Positions 24,301 through 38,600 of a DNA stretch of 64,000 bases are shown here, piece by piece. Position numbers and translations under genes: made by a program. Location of the stretch: NCBI GenBank assembly GCA_032718475.1, contig JAUCBJ010008068.1:1-64000 (forward strand), given 5' to 3'. Position 1 is the stretch's first letter; each line of letters begins with the position of its first letter. Under the pieces are notes generated by a model. It worked only from the letters and a program-made list of their open reading frames with translations, ran no database searches and was not told the DNA's origin. The stretch is from Nemertoderma westbladi. Taxonomy: Eukaryota > Animalia > Xenacoelomorpha.

Positions 24301-24993
24301 CTGCGTGGCACACATAGCTATCTATCGTTTACTTCAATTGATGGTTTCTTCTCGGATAAACATCTGCATGATTGCTGCAACTTCTTGCATGCTGCTCTTA
24401 TCATTTTAGAGTAGTCCACCTCCCCCCCCCCCCCCCCCCCCCCATAAGCGACAAAGTATGCCATCAAGTTATTTGTTCTTTTTCTATTTACATTATTTAT
24501 TTATTTATTTGATTTATTTTACATTACGTACGTACTTACTATATATATATTTTCTTTTTTTTTGATACCGCCCTGACTGGCTTCTTTTTGGACAAATTAA
24601 GTGTTAATCAATTAGTTATTGGGTATCACTGTTGATAACAATTATAATTAATTACATCGCATTTTCTACCGTGTCCGTTGAATCTGTATTTATGTATTGT
24701 CATTGATCCCGCTTGCATATCATTTAGTTTAACATTATTGTTAATCGATTAATTATTATTACTTATGAATCATACACATATTGTTCTCGTTCCCTAGTGG
24801 TCTGCTGCATGCTATAGTTTGTCACATTGTTCTTGTTATTGTTTTTATGACTGCTTACAAATGTACTGTATTTGTTTGTATCAATGTTGTGTCTTCCTTA
24901 CATATATTGTTATGTTACCTTTTTGTATTTTTCTGTTACTTTCTTTCATCAGTCGCTTGTGGAACTTAATTATGTCAATAAACTAATCTAATC
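21367..24993 (+). mobile_element. Young 5'-truncated LINE with near-complete ORF2, 3' UTR, AATAAA and (CTAAT)n tail
   Basis: The empty site in copy 1 (GTGTTGAGTTAA at 15416) fixes the ends. TTGA is duplicated at 21363-21366 and 24994-24997. Confidence 0.93.
21379..24414 (+). CDS. LINE ORF2: APE endonuclease + reverse transcriptase + C-terminal Cys/His motif (1011 aa, no ATG, 5'-clipped)
   Basis: FLQET, GDFNAR, SDH (EN); AAGPDG, YRGIS, FVDF, QGVPGS, LLTDD, YIYLG (RT); LAVETGRW...CKCG...H...C. Confidence 0.9.
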   Translation: MQFLCQTVFRLFSNYNIIFLQETKAGYRFCVPGFTILHNPSHNSDRGGFAVLIQNRLKIKEFCTDTNEVIWFTLLDFPSIDYACSYIAPTDSRYYDPFVWADIQSHIFDTSGSRSVILLGDFNARVGNLLSTNVVKLPSGADFRYRNPHDLTVNSNGKRFCQLLTDCDLLNISYGCFGNIMFGGALTYHRKGKHISELDRAAVSTNFISNITAFGVVDQRLPSDHNAIYLNVKLDNIPTAVYLLARSLWLGSYSEFCEKAPKPSCRKPIKPRQLVPTIFRSSLSVMEPNMQHTIAQDITIASEAFVAAIYSAASSACVSTSKGIPVHFSGNAFSQPNQVWNELAYSCNERTIWNRINWKGGLEPSTSSSHSDNKPTDIEFAEHFEKLLCTDPASTLDDPVLTHDCPFIPLLDSPININEVSVGINSLKPNKAAGPDGVSPGILKFLPYRWLLFLLSLFNSIFLGSTFPTSWCQSRLVAVFKRESRIICTNYRGISILNAIAKLYDWILCQRLSQWCAPDIEQASAQSKRQCEEHILTLHLLINYATFKRCKLFIIFVDFATTYDRVSRHKLLQLLKSMGCGGVMLRALMALYRSTVSVIGSSLIQSICGVLQGVPGSCRLFAFYINPLITRLKQCTDDGFLKALHCLLLTDDSALLATSRVRALEKLNILLKFCEDFNMSINLSKTKFMVINGSTHDKVDLVVSSNISNIIVKNSKSYIYLGASISEAGGINQSVVLHAKEKTKHVSKYHAFLNKHSISPLWVKLLVFDAAVTSAIFYSCETWLGANITPTSSQYFSMLKSAIGVRSQTCHDILLIETGRPSPKTLIETRQRKFLKAMLAHPDLHGPLFFALDLVRGTNSGMGKAITMQLDSLDRNCVLIDREAIVNHINCSTTTRRSVYRSLNPTLTSHALYNSRILGLSEAARLSWSRFRLMSTHLAVETGRWSRLPAELRMCKCGSIQTEIHICECQLLATLRGTHSYLSFTSIDGFFSDKHLHDCCNFLHAALIILE

Positions 24994-25238
24994 TTGAGTT
25001 AATTGGGATTTATCTCACCCTGGTTCGCCTTTCCAAATGGTGGGTTTCACGTTACAGATGCATGGGCAATTAACCCACTGCCATAAATGGCCATATCACA
25101 TGCAATTTGGTGTGTATGATTAGAAGAGATAATTTTCTGCGTGACCATTACCAAGATCTATATTCACCTAAAGAGGATAGGAGAAAGCCGAACACACTAT
25201 AGCAATAAATAATTAATATATAGAGATTATAGACCTAC

Positions 25239-25379
25239 CTGTGCAAATCATAGCATGGCCATCTCCTTGATAATTCCCCGCAAATTCAAATCCATCATAG
25301 CAACTACAGTTATAGCTACCGTGGGTATTGGAACAGTTGTGATCGCAATCATGCAAATTTTCCATACATTCATCCATAT
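25239..25379 (-). CDS. Exon 6: long-loop cbEGF type B (DMDECMENLHDCDHNCSNTHGSYNCSCYDGFEFAGNYQGDGHAMICT)
   Basis: gtttag / G|gtaggt, 141 nt, phase 1-1. Four differences from 15664-15804, three of them synonymous. Confidence 0.93.
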
Positions 25380-25475
25380 CTAAACAATGTACATGATTAT
25401 AACATTATAATATGCGAAGATTATAGGCAAGAAGAGGACATCAAATTCCACCATAATTGTATGTTTTATTTAAAA

Positions 25476-25785
25476 CTAGCTGGCAATACCCAAGGCGGGT
25501 TACCCGGTATTTCCCGATAATTCTATTGCTAGGCCTACGTAATGCAGAATGCAGTATACCATTAATGTGTACGGTAATTAAAAAATACCGGGCCGGTACC
25601 TGTTCCGCCAATAACCGGTACCGAACGTGAAATAAACTTCAAAAAGTGGCCTATAATGAGCGCTCGTTAAAGTTATACACACATGCCAAGTCCCAGCACA
25701 ATCCCTCCGTCCGTTTTGGATGAGTTCGAGCACAACAGATAGACAGAGAGACAGAGAGAGAGAATTTGACTTTTATAGGTATAGA
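25476..25785 (-). mobile_element. Non-autonomous Helitron (duplicate of 15901-16204)
   Basis: Same TC...CTAG termini and hairpin. Confidence 0.8.
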
Positions 25786-25790
25786 TAATA

Positions 25791-26460
25791 CTACTACTAC
25801 TAGGTCGAGCGAACTCGGACAGTGGAAATGAGATCCTTCCAGGCTTCCCGATTCTCCATAGTTGTCACAATTTCGTTTCTCCCAAGTTCAGTATCCCTTT
25901 CAAGTTGATCTATATATGTTATGGCTGGTCGTCCACGACTTCGCTTTCCATGAGTTGGTTGCCAGAAAAGTAGATCTGGTATGACCTCGTCTTTACTTCG
26001 CCAGCAGTGCCCACTGAATCTTAATCTGCGATCACAGAGGGTGGTTGATACAGGTGGTATTGTACCATAAAGCTCGGCGTTTGTCATGTGTTGTCTCCAG
26101 CTTCTGTTTAGGGCTGCCCTTAGTAGTCTTGTGTTGCAACCATCAATTCGTTATTCAAGTGATTTAGTCAGTGTCCAGGTCTCACCCCCGTATAAAAATA
26201 CACTTTCCACTGTGGCTCGAAAGAACTTAGTCTTCAGGTGCCTGGAGAGATCTGATTTCCAGATGGTATCCATTTTTGATAGAGCTGCCCAAGCCTTTGC
26301 TTTCCTAACTTCTATGTCCTTTTTGCTACTCTCTATCCATGATCCAAGGTACTGGAAGTCGTCGACCTTCCTTAGTTGATTATTATCAATGGTTGTCAAG
26401 TTTCCATCAACATTAATGGTCATGAATTCGGTCTTGGTAGCATTTATATGCAATCCAACA
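25791..26460 (-). mobile_element. 5'-truncated RTE LINE (duplicate of 16210-16879)
   Basis: Track ORFs 26151-26453 and 25800-26087; TSD ATAGATAATA at 25781-25790 and 26461-26470. Confidence 0.9.
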
Positions 26461-26662
26461 ATAGATAATATCTATGAATATTGACCATTTGATATGTGGA
26501 TTATATATTGTTATGGAAAAATTTATTCTATAATTGAAATATTGACACTAATACTGAGACATATTCCATAAATGTAGAGCTGTAACTTAAAAAATTAAAA
26601 TCGTTTGGAGACGGTGAAATATCTTTCCTTCTCCTTATTCCTCATGGAGCATTTTTTAACAG

Positions 26663-29600
26663 GTTCTTTGCAAGAACTGTTAATGGAGAACTATCATATG
26701 GTACTGATATGAAGGTGATTCTTTGCAAGAACAGTTAATGGAGAACTAACATATGGTACTGATATGAAGGTGATTCTTTGTAAGAACTGTTATGGAGAAC
26801 TAACATATTGTACTGATATGAAGGTGATTCTTTGTAAGAACTGTTATGGAGAACTAACATATGTTACTGATATGAAGGTGATTCTTTGTAAGAACTGTTA
26901 TGGAGAACTAACATATGGTACTGATATGAAGGTGATTCTTGGTAAGAACTGTTAATGGAGAACTAACATATGGTACTGATATGAAGGTGATTCTTTGTAA
27001 GAACTGTTATGGAGAACTAACATATGGTACTGATATGAAGGTGATTCTTTGTAAGAACTGTTAATGGAGAACTAACATATGGTACTGATATGAAGGTGAT
27101 TCTTTGCAAGAACTGTTATGGAGAACTAACATATGGTATTGATATGAAGGTGATTCTTTGTAAGAACTGTTATGGAGAACTAACATATGGTACTGATATG
27201 AAGGTGATTCTTTGTAAGAACTGTTACGGAGAACTAACATATGGTACAGATATGAAGGTGATTCTTTGTAAGAACTGTTATGGAGAACTAACATATGGTA
27301 CAGATATGAAGGTGATTCTTTGTAAGAACTGTTATGGAGAACTAACATATGGTACTGATATGAAGGTGATTCTTTGTAAGAACTGTAATGGAGAACTAAC
27401 ATATGGTACTGATATGAAGGTGATTCTTTGTAAGAACTGTTATGGAGAACTAACATATGGTACTGATATGAAGGTGATTCTTTGTAAGAACTGTTATGGA
27501 GAACTAACATATGGTACTGATATGAAGGTGATTCTTTGTAAGAACTGTTATGGAGAACTAACATATGGTACTGATATGAAGGTGATTCTTTGTAAGAACT
27601 GTTATGGAGAACTAACATATGGTACTGATATGAAGGTGATTCTTTGTAAGAACTGTTATGGAGAACTAACATATGGTACTGATATGAAGGTGATTCTTTG
27701 TAAGAACTGTTATGGAGAACTAACATATGGTACTGATATGAAGGTGATTCTTTGTAAGAACTGTTATGGAGAACTAACATATGGTACTGATATGAAGGTG
27801 ATTCTTTGTAAGAACTGTTATGGAGAACTAACATATGGTACTGATATGAAGGTGATTCTTTGTAAGAACTGTTATAAAGAATTAACATATGGTACTGATA
27901 TGAAGGTGATTCTTTGTAAGATTTGTTAATGGAGAACTAACATATGGTACTGATATGAAGGTGATTCTTTGTAAGAACTGTTATGGAGAACTAACATATG
28001 GTACTGATATGAAGATGATTCTTTGTAAGAACTGTTATGGTGAACTAACACATGGTACTGATATGAAGGTGATTCTTTGTAAGAACTGTTAATGGAGAAC
28101 TAACATATGGTATTGATATGAAGGTGATTCTTTGTAAGAACTGTTATGGAGAACTAACATATGGTACTGATATGAAGGTGATTCTTTGTAAGAACTGTTA
28201 TGGAGAACTAACATATGGTACTGATATGAAGGTGATTCTTTGTAAGAACTGTTATGGAGAACTAACATATGGTACTGATATGAAGGTGATTCTTTGTAAG
28301 AACTGTTAATGGAGAACTAACATATGGTACTGATATGAAGGTGATTCTTTGTAAGATTTGTTAATGGAGAACTAACATATGGTACTGATATGAAGGTGAT
28401 TCTTTGTAAGATTTGTTAATGGAGAACTAACATATGGTACTGATATGAAGGTGATTCTTTGTAAGAACTGTTATGGAGAACTAACATATGGTACTGATAT
28501 GAAGGTGATTCTTTGTAAGAACTGTTAATGGAGAACTAACATATGGTACTGATATGAAGGTGATTCTTTGTAAGAACTGTTATGGAGAACTAACATATGG
28601 TACTGATATGAAGGTGATTCTTTGTAAGAACTGTTAATGGAGAACTAACATATGGTACTGATATGAAGGTGATTCTTTGTAAGAACTGTTATGGAGAACT
28701 AACATATGGTACTGATATGAAGGTGATTCTTTGTAAGATTTGTTAATGGAGAACTAACATATGGTACTGATATGAAGGTGATTCTTTGTAAGAACTGTTA
28801 TGGAGTACTAACATATGGTACTGATATGAAGGTGATTCTTTGTAAGAACTGTTAATGGAGAACTAACATATGGTACTGATATGAAGGTGATTCTTTGTAA
28901 GAACTGTTATGGAGAACTAACATATGGTACTGATATGAAGGTGATTCTTTGTAAGAACTGTTAATGGAGAACTAACATATGGTACTGATATGAAGGTGAT
29001 TCTTTGTAAGAACTGTTATGGAGAACTAACATATGGTACTGATATGAAGGTGATTCTTTGTAAGAACTGTTATGGAGAACTAACATATGGTACTGATATG
29101 AAGGTGATTCTTTGTAAGAACTGTTAATGGAGAACTAACATATGGTACTGATATGAAGGTGATTCTTTATAAGAACTGTTGTGGAGAACTAACATATGGT
29201 ACTGATATGAAGGTGATTCTTTGTAAGAACTGTGGTGGAGAACTAACATATGGTACTGATATGAAGGTGATTCTTTGTAAGAACTGTGATGGAGAACTAA
29301 CATATGGTATTGATATGAAGGTGATTCTTTGTAAGAACTGTTATGGAGAACTAACATATGGTATTGATATGAAGGTGATTCTTTGTAAGAACTGTGGTGG
29401 AGAACTAACATATGGTACTGATATGAAGGTGATTCTTTGTAAGAACTGTAATGGAGAACTAACATATGGTACTGATATGAAGGTGATTCTTTGTAAGAAC
29501 TGTTATGGAGTACTAACATATGGTACTGATATGAAGGTGATTCTTTGTAAGAACTGTTGTGGAGAACTAACATATGGTACTGATATGAAGGTGATTCTTT

Positions 29601-32600
29601 GTAAGAACTGTTATGGAGAACTAACATATGGTATTGATATGAAGGTGATTCTTTGTAAGAACTGTTATGGAGAACTAACATATGGTATTGATATGAAGGT
29701 GATTCTTTGTAAGAACTGTTATGGAGAACTAACATATGGTACTGATATGAAGGTGATTCTTTGTAAGAACTGTTATGGAGAACTAACATATGGTACTGAT
29801 ATGAAGGTGATTCTTTGTAAGAACTGTTATGGAGAACTAACATATGGTACTGATATGAAGGTGATTCTTTGTAAGAACTGTTATGGAGAACTAACATATG
29901 GTACTGATATGAAGGTGATTCTTTGTAAGAACTGTTATGGAGAACTAACATATGGTACTGATATGAAGGTGATTCTTTGTAAGAACTGTTATGGAGAACT
30001 AACATATGGTACTGATATGAAGGTGATTCTTTGTAAGAACTGTGGTGGAGAACTAACATATGGTACTGATATGAAGGTGATTCTTTGTAAGAACTGTGGT
30101 GGAGAACTAACATATGGTATTGATATGAAGGTGATTCTTTGTAAGAACTGTTATGGAGAACTAACATATGGTATTGATATGAAGGTGATTCTTTGCAAGA
30201 ACTGTTAATGGAGAACTAACATATGGTACTGATATGAAGGTGATTCTTTGTAAGAACTGTTATGGAGAACTAACATATGGTATTGATATGAAGGTGATTC
30301 TTTGCAAGAACTGTTAATGGAGAACTAACATATGGTACTGATATGAAGGTGATTCTTTGTAAGAACTGTTATGGAGAACTAACATATGGTATTGATATGA
30401 AGGTGATTCTTTGCAAGAACTGTTAATGGAGAACTAACATATGGTACTGATATGAAGGTGATTCTTTGTAAGAACTGTGGTGGAGAACTAACATATGGTA
30501 CTGATATGAAGGTGATTCTTTGTAAGAACTGTGGTGGAGAACTAACATATGGTACTGATATGAAGGTGATTCTTTGTAAGAACTGTTAATGGAGAACTAA
30601 CATATGGTACTGATATGAAGGTGATTCTTTGTAAGAACTGTTATGGAGAACTAACATATATTACTGATATGAAGGTGATTCTTTGTAAGAACTGTGGTGG
30701 AGAACTAACATATGGTACTGATATGAAGGTGATTCTTTGTAAGAACTGTTATGGAGAACTAACATATATTACTGATATGAAGGTGATTCTTTGTAAGAAC
30801 TGTTATGGAGAACTAACATATATTACTGATATGAAGGTGATTCTTTGTAAGAACTGTTATGGAGAACTAACATATGGTACTGATATGAAGGTGATTCTTT
30901 GTAAGAACTGTTATGGAGAACTAACATATGGTACTGATATGAAGGTGATTCTTTGTAAGAACTGTTATGGAGAACTAACATATGGTATTGATATGAAGGT
31001 GATTCTTTGTAAGAACTGTTATGGAGAACTAACATATGGTATTGATATGAAGGTGATTCTTTGTAAGAACTGTTATGGAGAACTAACATATGGTACTGAT
31101 ATGAAGGTGATTCTTTGTAAGAACTGTTATGGAGAACTAACATATGGTATTGATATGAAGGTGATTCTTTGTAAGAACTGTTATGGAGAACTAACATATG
31201 GTACTGATATGAAGGTGATTCTTTGTAAGAACTGTGGTGGAGAACTAACATATGGTACTGATATGAAGGTGATTCTTTGTAAGAACTGTTATGGAGAACT
31301 AACATATGGTATTGATATGAAGGTGATTCTTGGTAAGAACTGTTATGGAGAACTAACATATGGTATTGATATGAAGGTGATTCTTTGTAAGAACTGTGGT
31401 GGAGAACTAACATATGGTACTGATATGAAGGTGATTCTTTGTAAGAACTGTGGTGGAGAACTAACATATGGTATTGATATGAAGGTGATTCTTTGTAAGA
31501 ACTGTGGTGGAGAACTAACATATGGTACTGATATGAAGGTGATTCTTTGTAAGAACTGTTATGGAGAACTAACATATGGTACTGATATGAAGGTGATTCT
31601 TTGTAAGAACTGTTGTGGAGAACTAACATATGGTCCTGATATGAAGGTGATTCTTTGTAAGAACTGTTATGGAGAACTAACATATGGTATTGATATGAAG
31701 GTGATTCTTTGTAAGAACTGTGGTGGAGAACTAACATATGGTACTGATATGAAGGTGATTCTTTGTAAGAACTGTTATGGAGAACTAACATATGGTACTG
31801 ATATGAAGGTGATTCTTTGTAAGAACTGTTGTGGAGAACTAACATATGGTCCTGATATGAAGGTGATTCTTTGTAAGAACTGTTATGGAGAACTAACATA
31901 TGGTATTGATATGAAGGTGATTCTTTGTAAGAACTGTGGTGGAGAACTAACATATGGTACTGATATGAAGGTGATTCTTTGTAAGAACTGTTATGGAGAA
32001 CTAACATATGGTACAGATATGAAGGTGATTCTTTGTAAGAACTGTTATGGAGAACTAACATATGGTACTGATATGAAGGTGATTCTTTGTAAGAACTGTT
32101 ATGGAGAACTAACATATGGTACTGATATGAAGGTGATTCTTTGTAAGAACTGTTATGGAGAACTAACATATGGTACTGATATGAAGGTGATTCTTTGTAA
32201 GAACTGTTATGGAGAACTAACATATGGTATTGATATGAAGGTGATTCTTGGTAAGAACTGTTATGGAGAACTAACATATGGTCCTGATATGAAGGTGATT
32301 CTTTGCAAGAACTGTTATGAAGAACTAACATATGGTACTGATATGAAGGTGATTCTTTGTAAGAACTGTTATGGAGAACTAACATATGGTACTGATATGA
32401 AGGTGATTCTTTGCAAGAACTGTTATGAAGAACTAACATATGGTACTGATATGAAGGTGATTCTTTGTAAGAACTGTTATGGAGAACTAACATATGGTAC
32501 TGATATGAAGGTGATTCTTTGTAAGAACTGTTATGGAGAACTAACATATGGTACTGATATGAAGGTGATTCTTTGTAAGAACTGTTATGGAGAACTAACA

Positions 32601-35600
32601 TATGGTACTGATATGAAGGTGATTCTTTGTAAGAACTGTTATGGAGAACTAACATATGGTACTGATATGAAGGTGATTCTTTGCAAGAACTGTTATGAAG
32701 AACTAACATATGGTACTGATATGAAGGTGATTCTTTGTAAGAACTGTTATGGAGAACTAACATATGGTACTGATATGAAGGTGATTCTTTGTAAGAACTG
32801 TTATGGAGAACTAACATATGGTATTGATATGAAGGTGATTCTTTGTAAGAACTGTTATGGAGAACTAACATATGGTACTGATATGAAGGTGATTCTTTGT
32901 AAGAACTGTTGTGGAGAACTAACATATGGTACTGATATGAAGGTGATTCTTTGTAAGAACTGTTATGGAGTACTAACATATGGTACTGATATGAAGGTGA
33001 TTCTTTGTAAGAACTGTTATGGAGAACTAACATATGGTACTGATATGAAGGTGATTCTTTGTAAGAACTGTGGTGGAGAACTAACATATGGTACTGATAT
33101 GAAGGTGATTCTTTGTAAGAACTGTTGTGGAGAACTAACATATGGTACTGATATGAAGGTGATTCTTTGTAAGAACTGTTATGGAGAACTAACATATGGT
33201 ACTGATATGAAGGTGATTCTTTGTAAGAACTGTTGTGGAGAACTAACATATGGTACTGATATGAAGGTGATTCTTTGTAAGAACTGTTGTGGAGAACTAA
33301 CATATGGTACTGATATGAAGGTGATTCTTTCTAAGAACTGTTATGGATAACTAACATATGGTACAGATATGAAGGTGATTCTTTGTAAGAACTGTTATGG
33401 AGAACTAACATATGGTACTGATATGAAGGTGATTCTTTGTAAGAACTGTTATGGATAACTAACATATGGTACTGATATGAAGGTGATTCTTTGTAAGAAC
33501 TGTTATGGAGAACTAACATATGGTACTGATATGAAGGTGATTCTTTGTAAGAACTGTTATGGAGAACTAACATATGGTACTGATATGAAGGTGATTCTTT
33601 CTAAGAACTGTTATGGATAACTAACATATGGTACTGATATGAAGGTGATTCTTTGTAAGAACTGTTGTGGAGAACTAACATATGGTACTGATATGAAGGT
33701 GATTCTTTGTAAGAACTGTTATGGAGAACTAACATATGGTACTGATATGAAGGTGATTCTTTGTAAGAACTGTTGTGGAGAACTAACATATGGTACTGAT
33801 ATGAAGGTGATTCTTTGTAAGAACTGTTGTGGAGAACTAACATATGGTACTGATATGAAGGTGATTCTTTGTAAGAACTGTTGTGGAGAACTAACATATG
33901 GTATTGATATGAAGGTGATTCTTTGTAAGAACTGTTAATGGAGAACTAACATATGGTACTGATATGAAGGTGATTCTTTGTAAGTACTGTGGTGGAGAAC
34001 TAACATATGGTACTGATATGAAGGTGATTCTTTGTAAGAACTGTTATGGAGAACTAACATATGGTACTGATATGAAGGTGATTCTTTGTAAGAACTGTTG
34101 TGGAGAACTAACATATGGTACTGATATGAAGGTGATTCTTTGTAAGAACTGTTGTGGAGAACTAACATATGGTATTGATATGAAGGTGATTCTTTGTAAG
34201 AACTGTTATGGAGAACTAACATATGGTACTGATATGAAGGTGATTCTTTGTAAGTACTGTGGTGGAGAACTAACATATGGTATTGATATGAAGGTGATTC
34301 TTTCTAAGAACTGTTATGGAGAACTAACATATGGTACTGATATGAAGGTGATTCTTTCTAAGAACTGTTATGGAGAACTAACATATGGTACTGATATGAA
34401 GGTGATTCTTTCTAAGAACTGTTATGGAGAACTAACATATGGTACTGATATGAAGGTGATTCTTTCTAAGAACTGTTATGGAGAACTAACATATGGTACT
34501 GATATGAAGGTGATTCTTTGTAAGTACTGTGGTGGAGAACTAACATATGGTACTGATATGAAGGTGATTCTTTGTAAGAACTGTTATGGAGAACTAACAT
34601 ATGGTACTGATATGAAGGTGATTCTTTCTAAGAACTGTTATGGAGAACTAACATATGGTACTGATATGAAGGTGATTCTTTCTAAGAACTGTTATGGAGA
34701 ACTAACATATGGTACTGATATGAAGGTGATTCTTTCTAAGAACTGTTATGGAGAACTAACATATGGTACTGATATGAAGGTGATTCTTTCTAAGAACTGT
34801 TATGGAGAACTAACATATGGTACTGATATGAAGGTGATTCTTTGTAAGAACTGTTATGGAGAACTAACATATGGTACTGATATGAAGGTGATTCTTTGTA
34901 AGAACTGTTATGGAGAACTAACATATGGTACTGATATGAAGGTGATTCTTTCTAAGAACTGTTATGGAGAACTAACATATGGTACTGATATGAAGGTGAT
35001 TCTTTCTAAGAACTGTTATGGAGAACTAACATATGGTACTGATATGAAGGTGATTCTTTCTAAGAACTGTTATGGAGAACTAACATATGGTACTGATATG
35101 AAGGTGATTCTTTGTAAGTACTGTGGTGGAGAACTAACATATGGTACTGATATGAAGGTGATTCTTTCTAAGAACTGTTATGGAGAACTAACATATGGTA
35201 CTGATATGAAGGTGATTCTTTCTAAGAACTGTTATGGAGAACTAACATATGGTACTGATATGAAGGTGATTCTTTCTAAGAACTGTTATGGAGAACTAAC
35301 ATATGGTACTGATATGAAGGTGATTCTTTCTAAGAACTGTTATGGAGAACTAACATATGGTACTGATATGAAGGTGATTCTTTGTAAGAACTGTTATGGA
35401 GAACTAACATATGGTATTGATATGAAGGTGATTCTTTGTAAGAACTGTTGTGGAGAACTAACATATGGTACTGATATGAAGGTGATTCTTTGTAAGAACT
35501 GTTATGGAGAACTAACATATGGTACTGATATGAAGGTGATTCTTTGTAAGAACTGTTATGGAGAACTAACATATGGTACTGATATGAAGGTGATTCTTTC

Positions 35601-38600
35601 TAAGAACTGTTATGGATAACTAACATATGGTACTGATATGAAGGTGATTCTTTCTAAGAACTGTTATGGAGAACTAACATATGGTACTGATATGAAGGTG
35701 ATTCTTTCTAAGAACTGTTATGGATAACTAACATATGGTACTGATATGAAGGTGATTCTTTGTAAGAACTGTTATGGAGAACTAACATATGGTACTGATA
35801 TGAAGGTGATTCTTTCTAAGAACTGTTATGGATAACTAACATATGGTACTGATATGAAGGTGATTCTTTGTAAGAACTGTTATGGATAACTAACATATGG
35901 TACTGATATGAAGGTGATTCTTTGTAAGAACTGTTATGGATAACTAACATATGGTACTGATATGAAGGTGATTCTTTGTAAGAACTGTTATGGGGAACTA
36001 ACATATGGTACTGATATGAAGGTGATTCTTTCTAAGAACTGTTATGGATAACTAACATATGGTACTGATATGAAGGTGATTCTTTGTAAGAACTGTTATG
36101 GAGAACTAACATATGGTACTGATATGAAGGTGATTCTTTCTAAGAATTGTTATGGATAACTAACATATGGTACTGATATGAAGGTGATTCTTTGTAAGAA
36201 CTGTTATGGAGAACTAACATATGGTACTGATATGAAGGTGATTCTTTCTAAGAACTGTTATGGATAACTAACATATGGTACTGATATGAAGGTGATTCTT
36301 TGTAAGAACTGTTATGGAGAACTAACATATGGTATTGATATGAAGGTGATTCTTTGTAAGAACTGTTATGGAGAACTAACATATGGTACTGATATGAAGG
36401 TGATTCTTTGTAAGAACTGTTATGGAGAACTAACATATGGTATTGATATGAAGGTGATTCTTTGTAAGAACTGTTATGGAGAACTAACATATGGTACTGA
36501 TATGAAGGTGATTCTTTGTAAGAACTGTTAATGGAGAACTAACATATGGTACTGATATGAAGGTGATTCTTTGTAAGAACTGTGGTGGAGAACTAACATA
36601 TGGTACTGATATGAAGGTGATTCTTTGTAAGAACTGTTATGGAGAACTAACATATGGTACTGATATGAAGGTGATTCTTTGTAAGAACTGTTATGGAGAA
36701 CTAACATATGGTACTGATATGAAGGTGATTCTTTGTAAGAACTGTTATGGAGAACTAACATATGGTACTGATATGAAGGTGATTCTTTGTAAGAACTGTT
36801 ATGGAGAACTAACATATGGTACTGATATGAAGGTGATTCTTTGTAAGAACTGTTATGGAGAACTAACATATGGTACTGATATGAAGGTGATTCTTTGTAA
36901 GAACTGTTATGGAGAACTAACATATGGTACTGATATGAAGGTGATTCTTTGTAAGAACTGTTATGGAGAACTAACATATGGTACTGATATGAAGGTGATT
37001 CTTTGTAAGAACTGTTATGGAGAACTAACATATGGTACTGATATGAAGGTGATTCTTTGTAAGAACTGTTATGGAGAACTAACATATGGTACTGATATGA
37101 AGGTGATTCTTTGTAAGAACTGTTATGGAGAACTAACATATGGTACTGATATGAAGGTGATTCTTTGTAAGAACTGTTATGGAGAACTAACATATGGTAC
37201 TGATATGAAGGTGATTCTTTGTAAGAACTGTTATGGAGAACTAACATATGGTACTGATATGAAGGTGATTCTTTGTAAGAACTGTTGTGGAGAACTAACA
37301 TATGGTACTGATATGAAGGTGATTCTTTGTAAGAACTGTTGTGGAGAACTAACATATGGTATTGATATGAAGGTGATTCTTTGTAAGAACTGTTGTGGAG
37401 AACTAACATATGGTACAGATATGAAGGTGATTCTTTGTAAGAACTGTTATGGAGAACTAACATATGGTACTGATATGAAGGTGATTCTTTGTAAGAACTG
37501 TTATGGAGAACTAACATATGGTACTGATATGAAGGTGATTCTTTGTAAGAACTGTGGTGGAGAACTAACATATGGTACTGATATGAAGGTGATTCTTTGT
37601 AAGAACTGTGGTGGAGAACTAACATATGGTACTGATATGAAGGTGATTCTTTGTAAGAACTGTTATGGAGAACTAACATATGGTACTGATATGAAGGTGA
37701 TTCTTTCTAAGAACTGTTATGGATAACTAACATATGGTACTGATATGAAGGTGATTCTTTGTAAGAACTGTTGTGGAGAACTAACATATGGTACTGATAT
37801 GAAGGTGATTCTTTGTAAGAACTGTTGTGGAGAACTAACATATGGTACTGATATGAAGGTGATTCTTTGTAAGAACTGTTGTGGAGAACTAACATATGGT
37901 ATTGATATGAAGGTGATTCTTTGTAAGAACTGTTATGGAGAACTAACATATGGTACTGATATGAAGGTGATTCTTTGTAAGAACTGTTGTGGAGAACTAA
38001 CATATGGTACTGATATGAAGGTGATTCTTTGTAAGAACTGTTGTGGAGAACTAACATATGGTACTGATATGAAGGTGATTCTTTGTAAGAACTGTTGTGG
38101 AGAACTAACATATGGTATTGATATGAAGGTGATTCTTTGTAAGAACTGTTATGGAGAACTAACATATGGTACTGATATGAAGGTGATTCTTTGTAAGAAC
38201 TGTTGTGGAGAACTAACATATGGTATTGATATGAAGGTGATTCTTTGTAAGAACTGTTATGGAGAACTAACATATGGTACTGATATGAAGGTGATTCTTT
38301 CTAAGAACTGTTATGGATAACTAACATATGGTACTGATATGAAGGTGATTCTTTGTAAGTACTGTGGTGGAGAACTAACATATGGTATTGATATGAAGGT
38401 GATTCTTTGTAAGAACTGTTATGGAGAACTAACATATGGTACTGATATGAAGGTGATTCTTTGTAAGAACTGTTATGGAGAACTAACATATGGTACTGAT
38501 ATGAAGGTGATTCTTTGTAAGAACTGTTGTGGAGAACTAACATATGGTATTGATATGAAGGTGATTCTTTGTAAGAACTGTTATGGAGAACTAACATATG

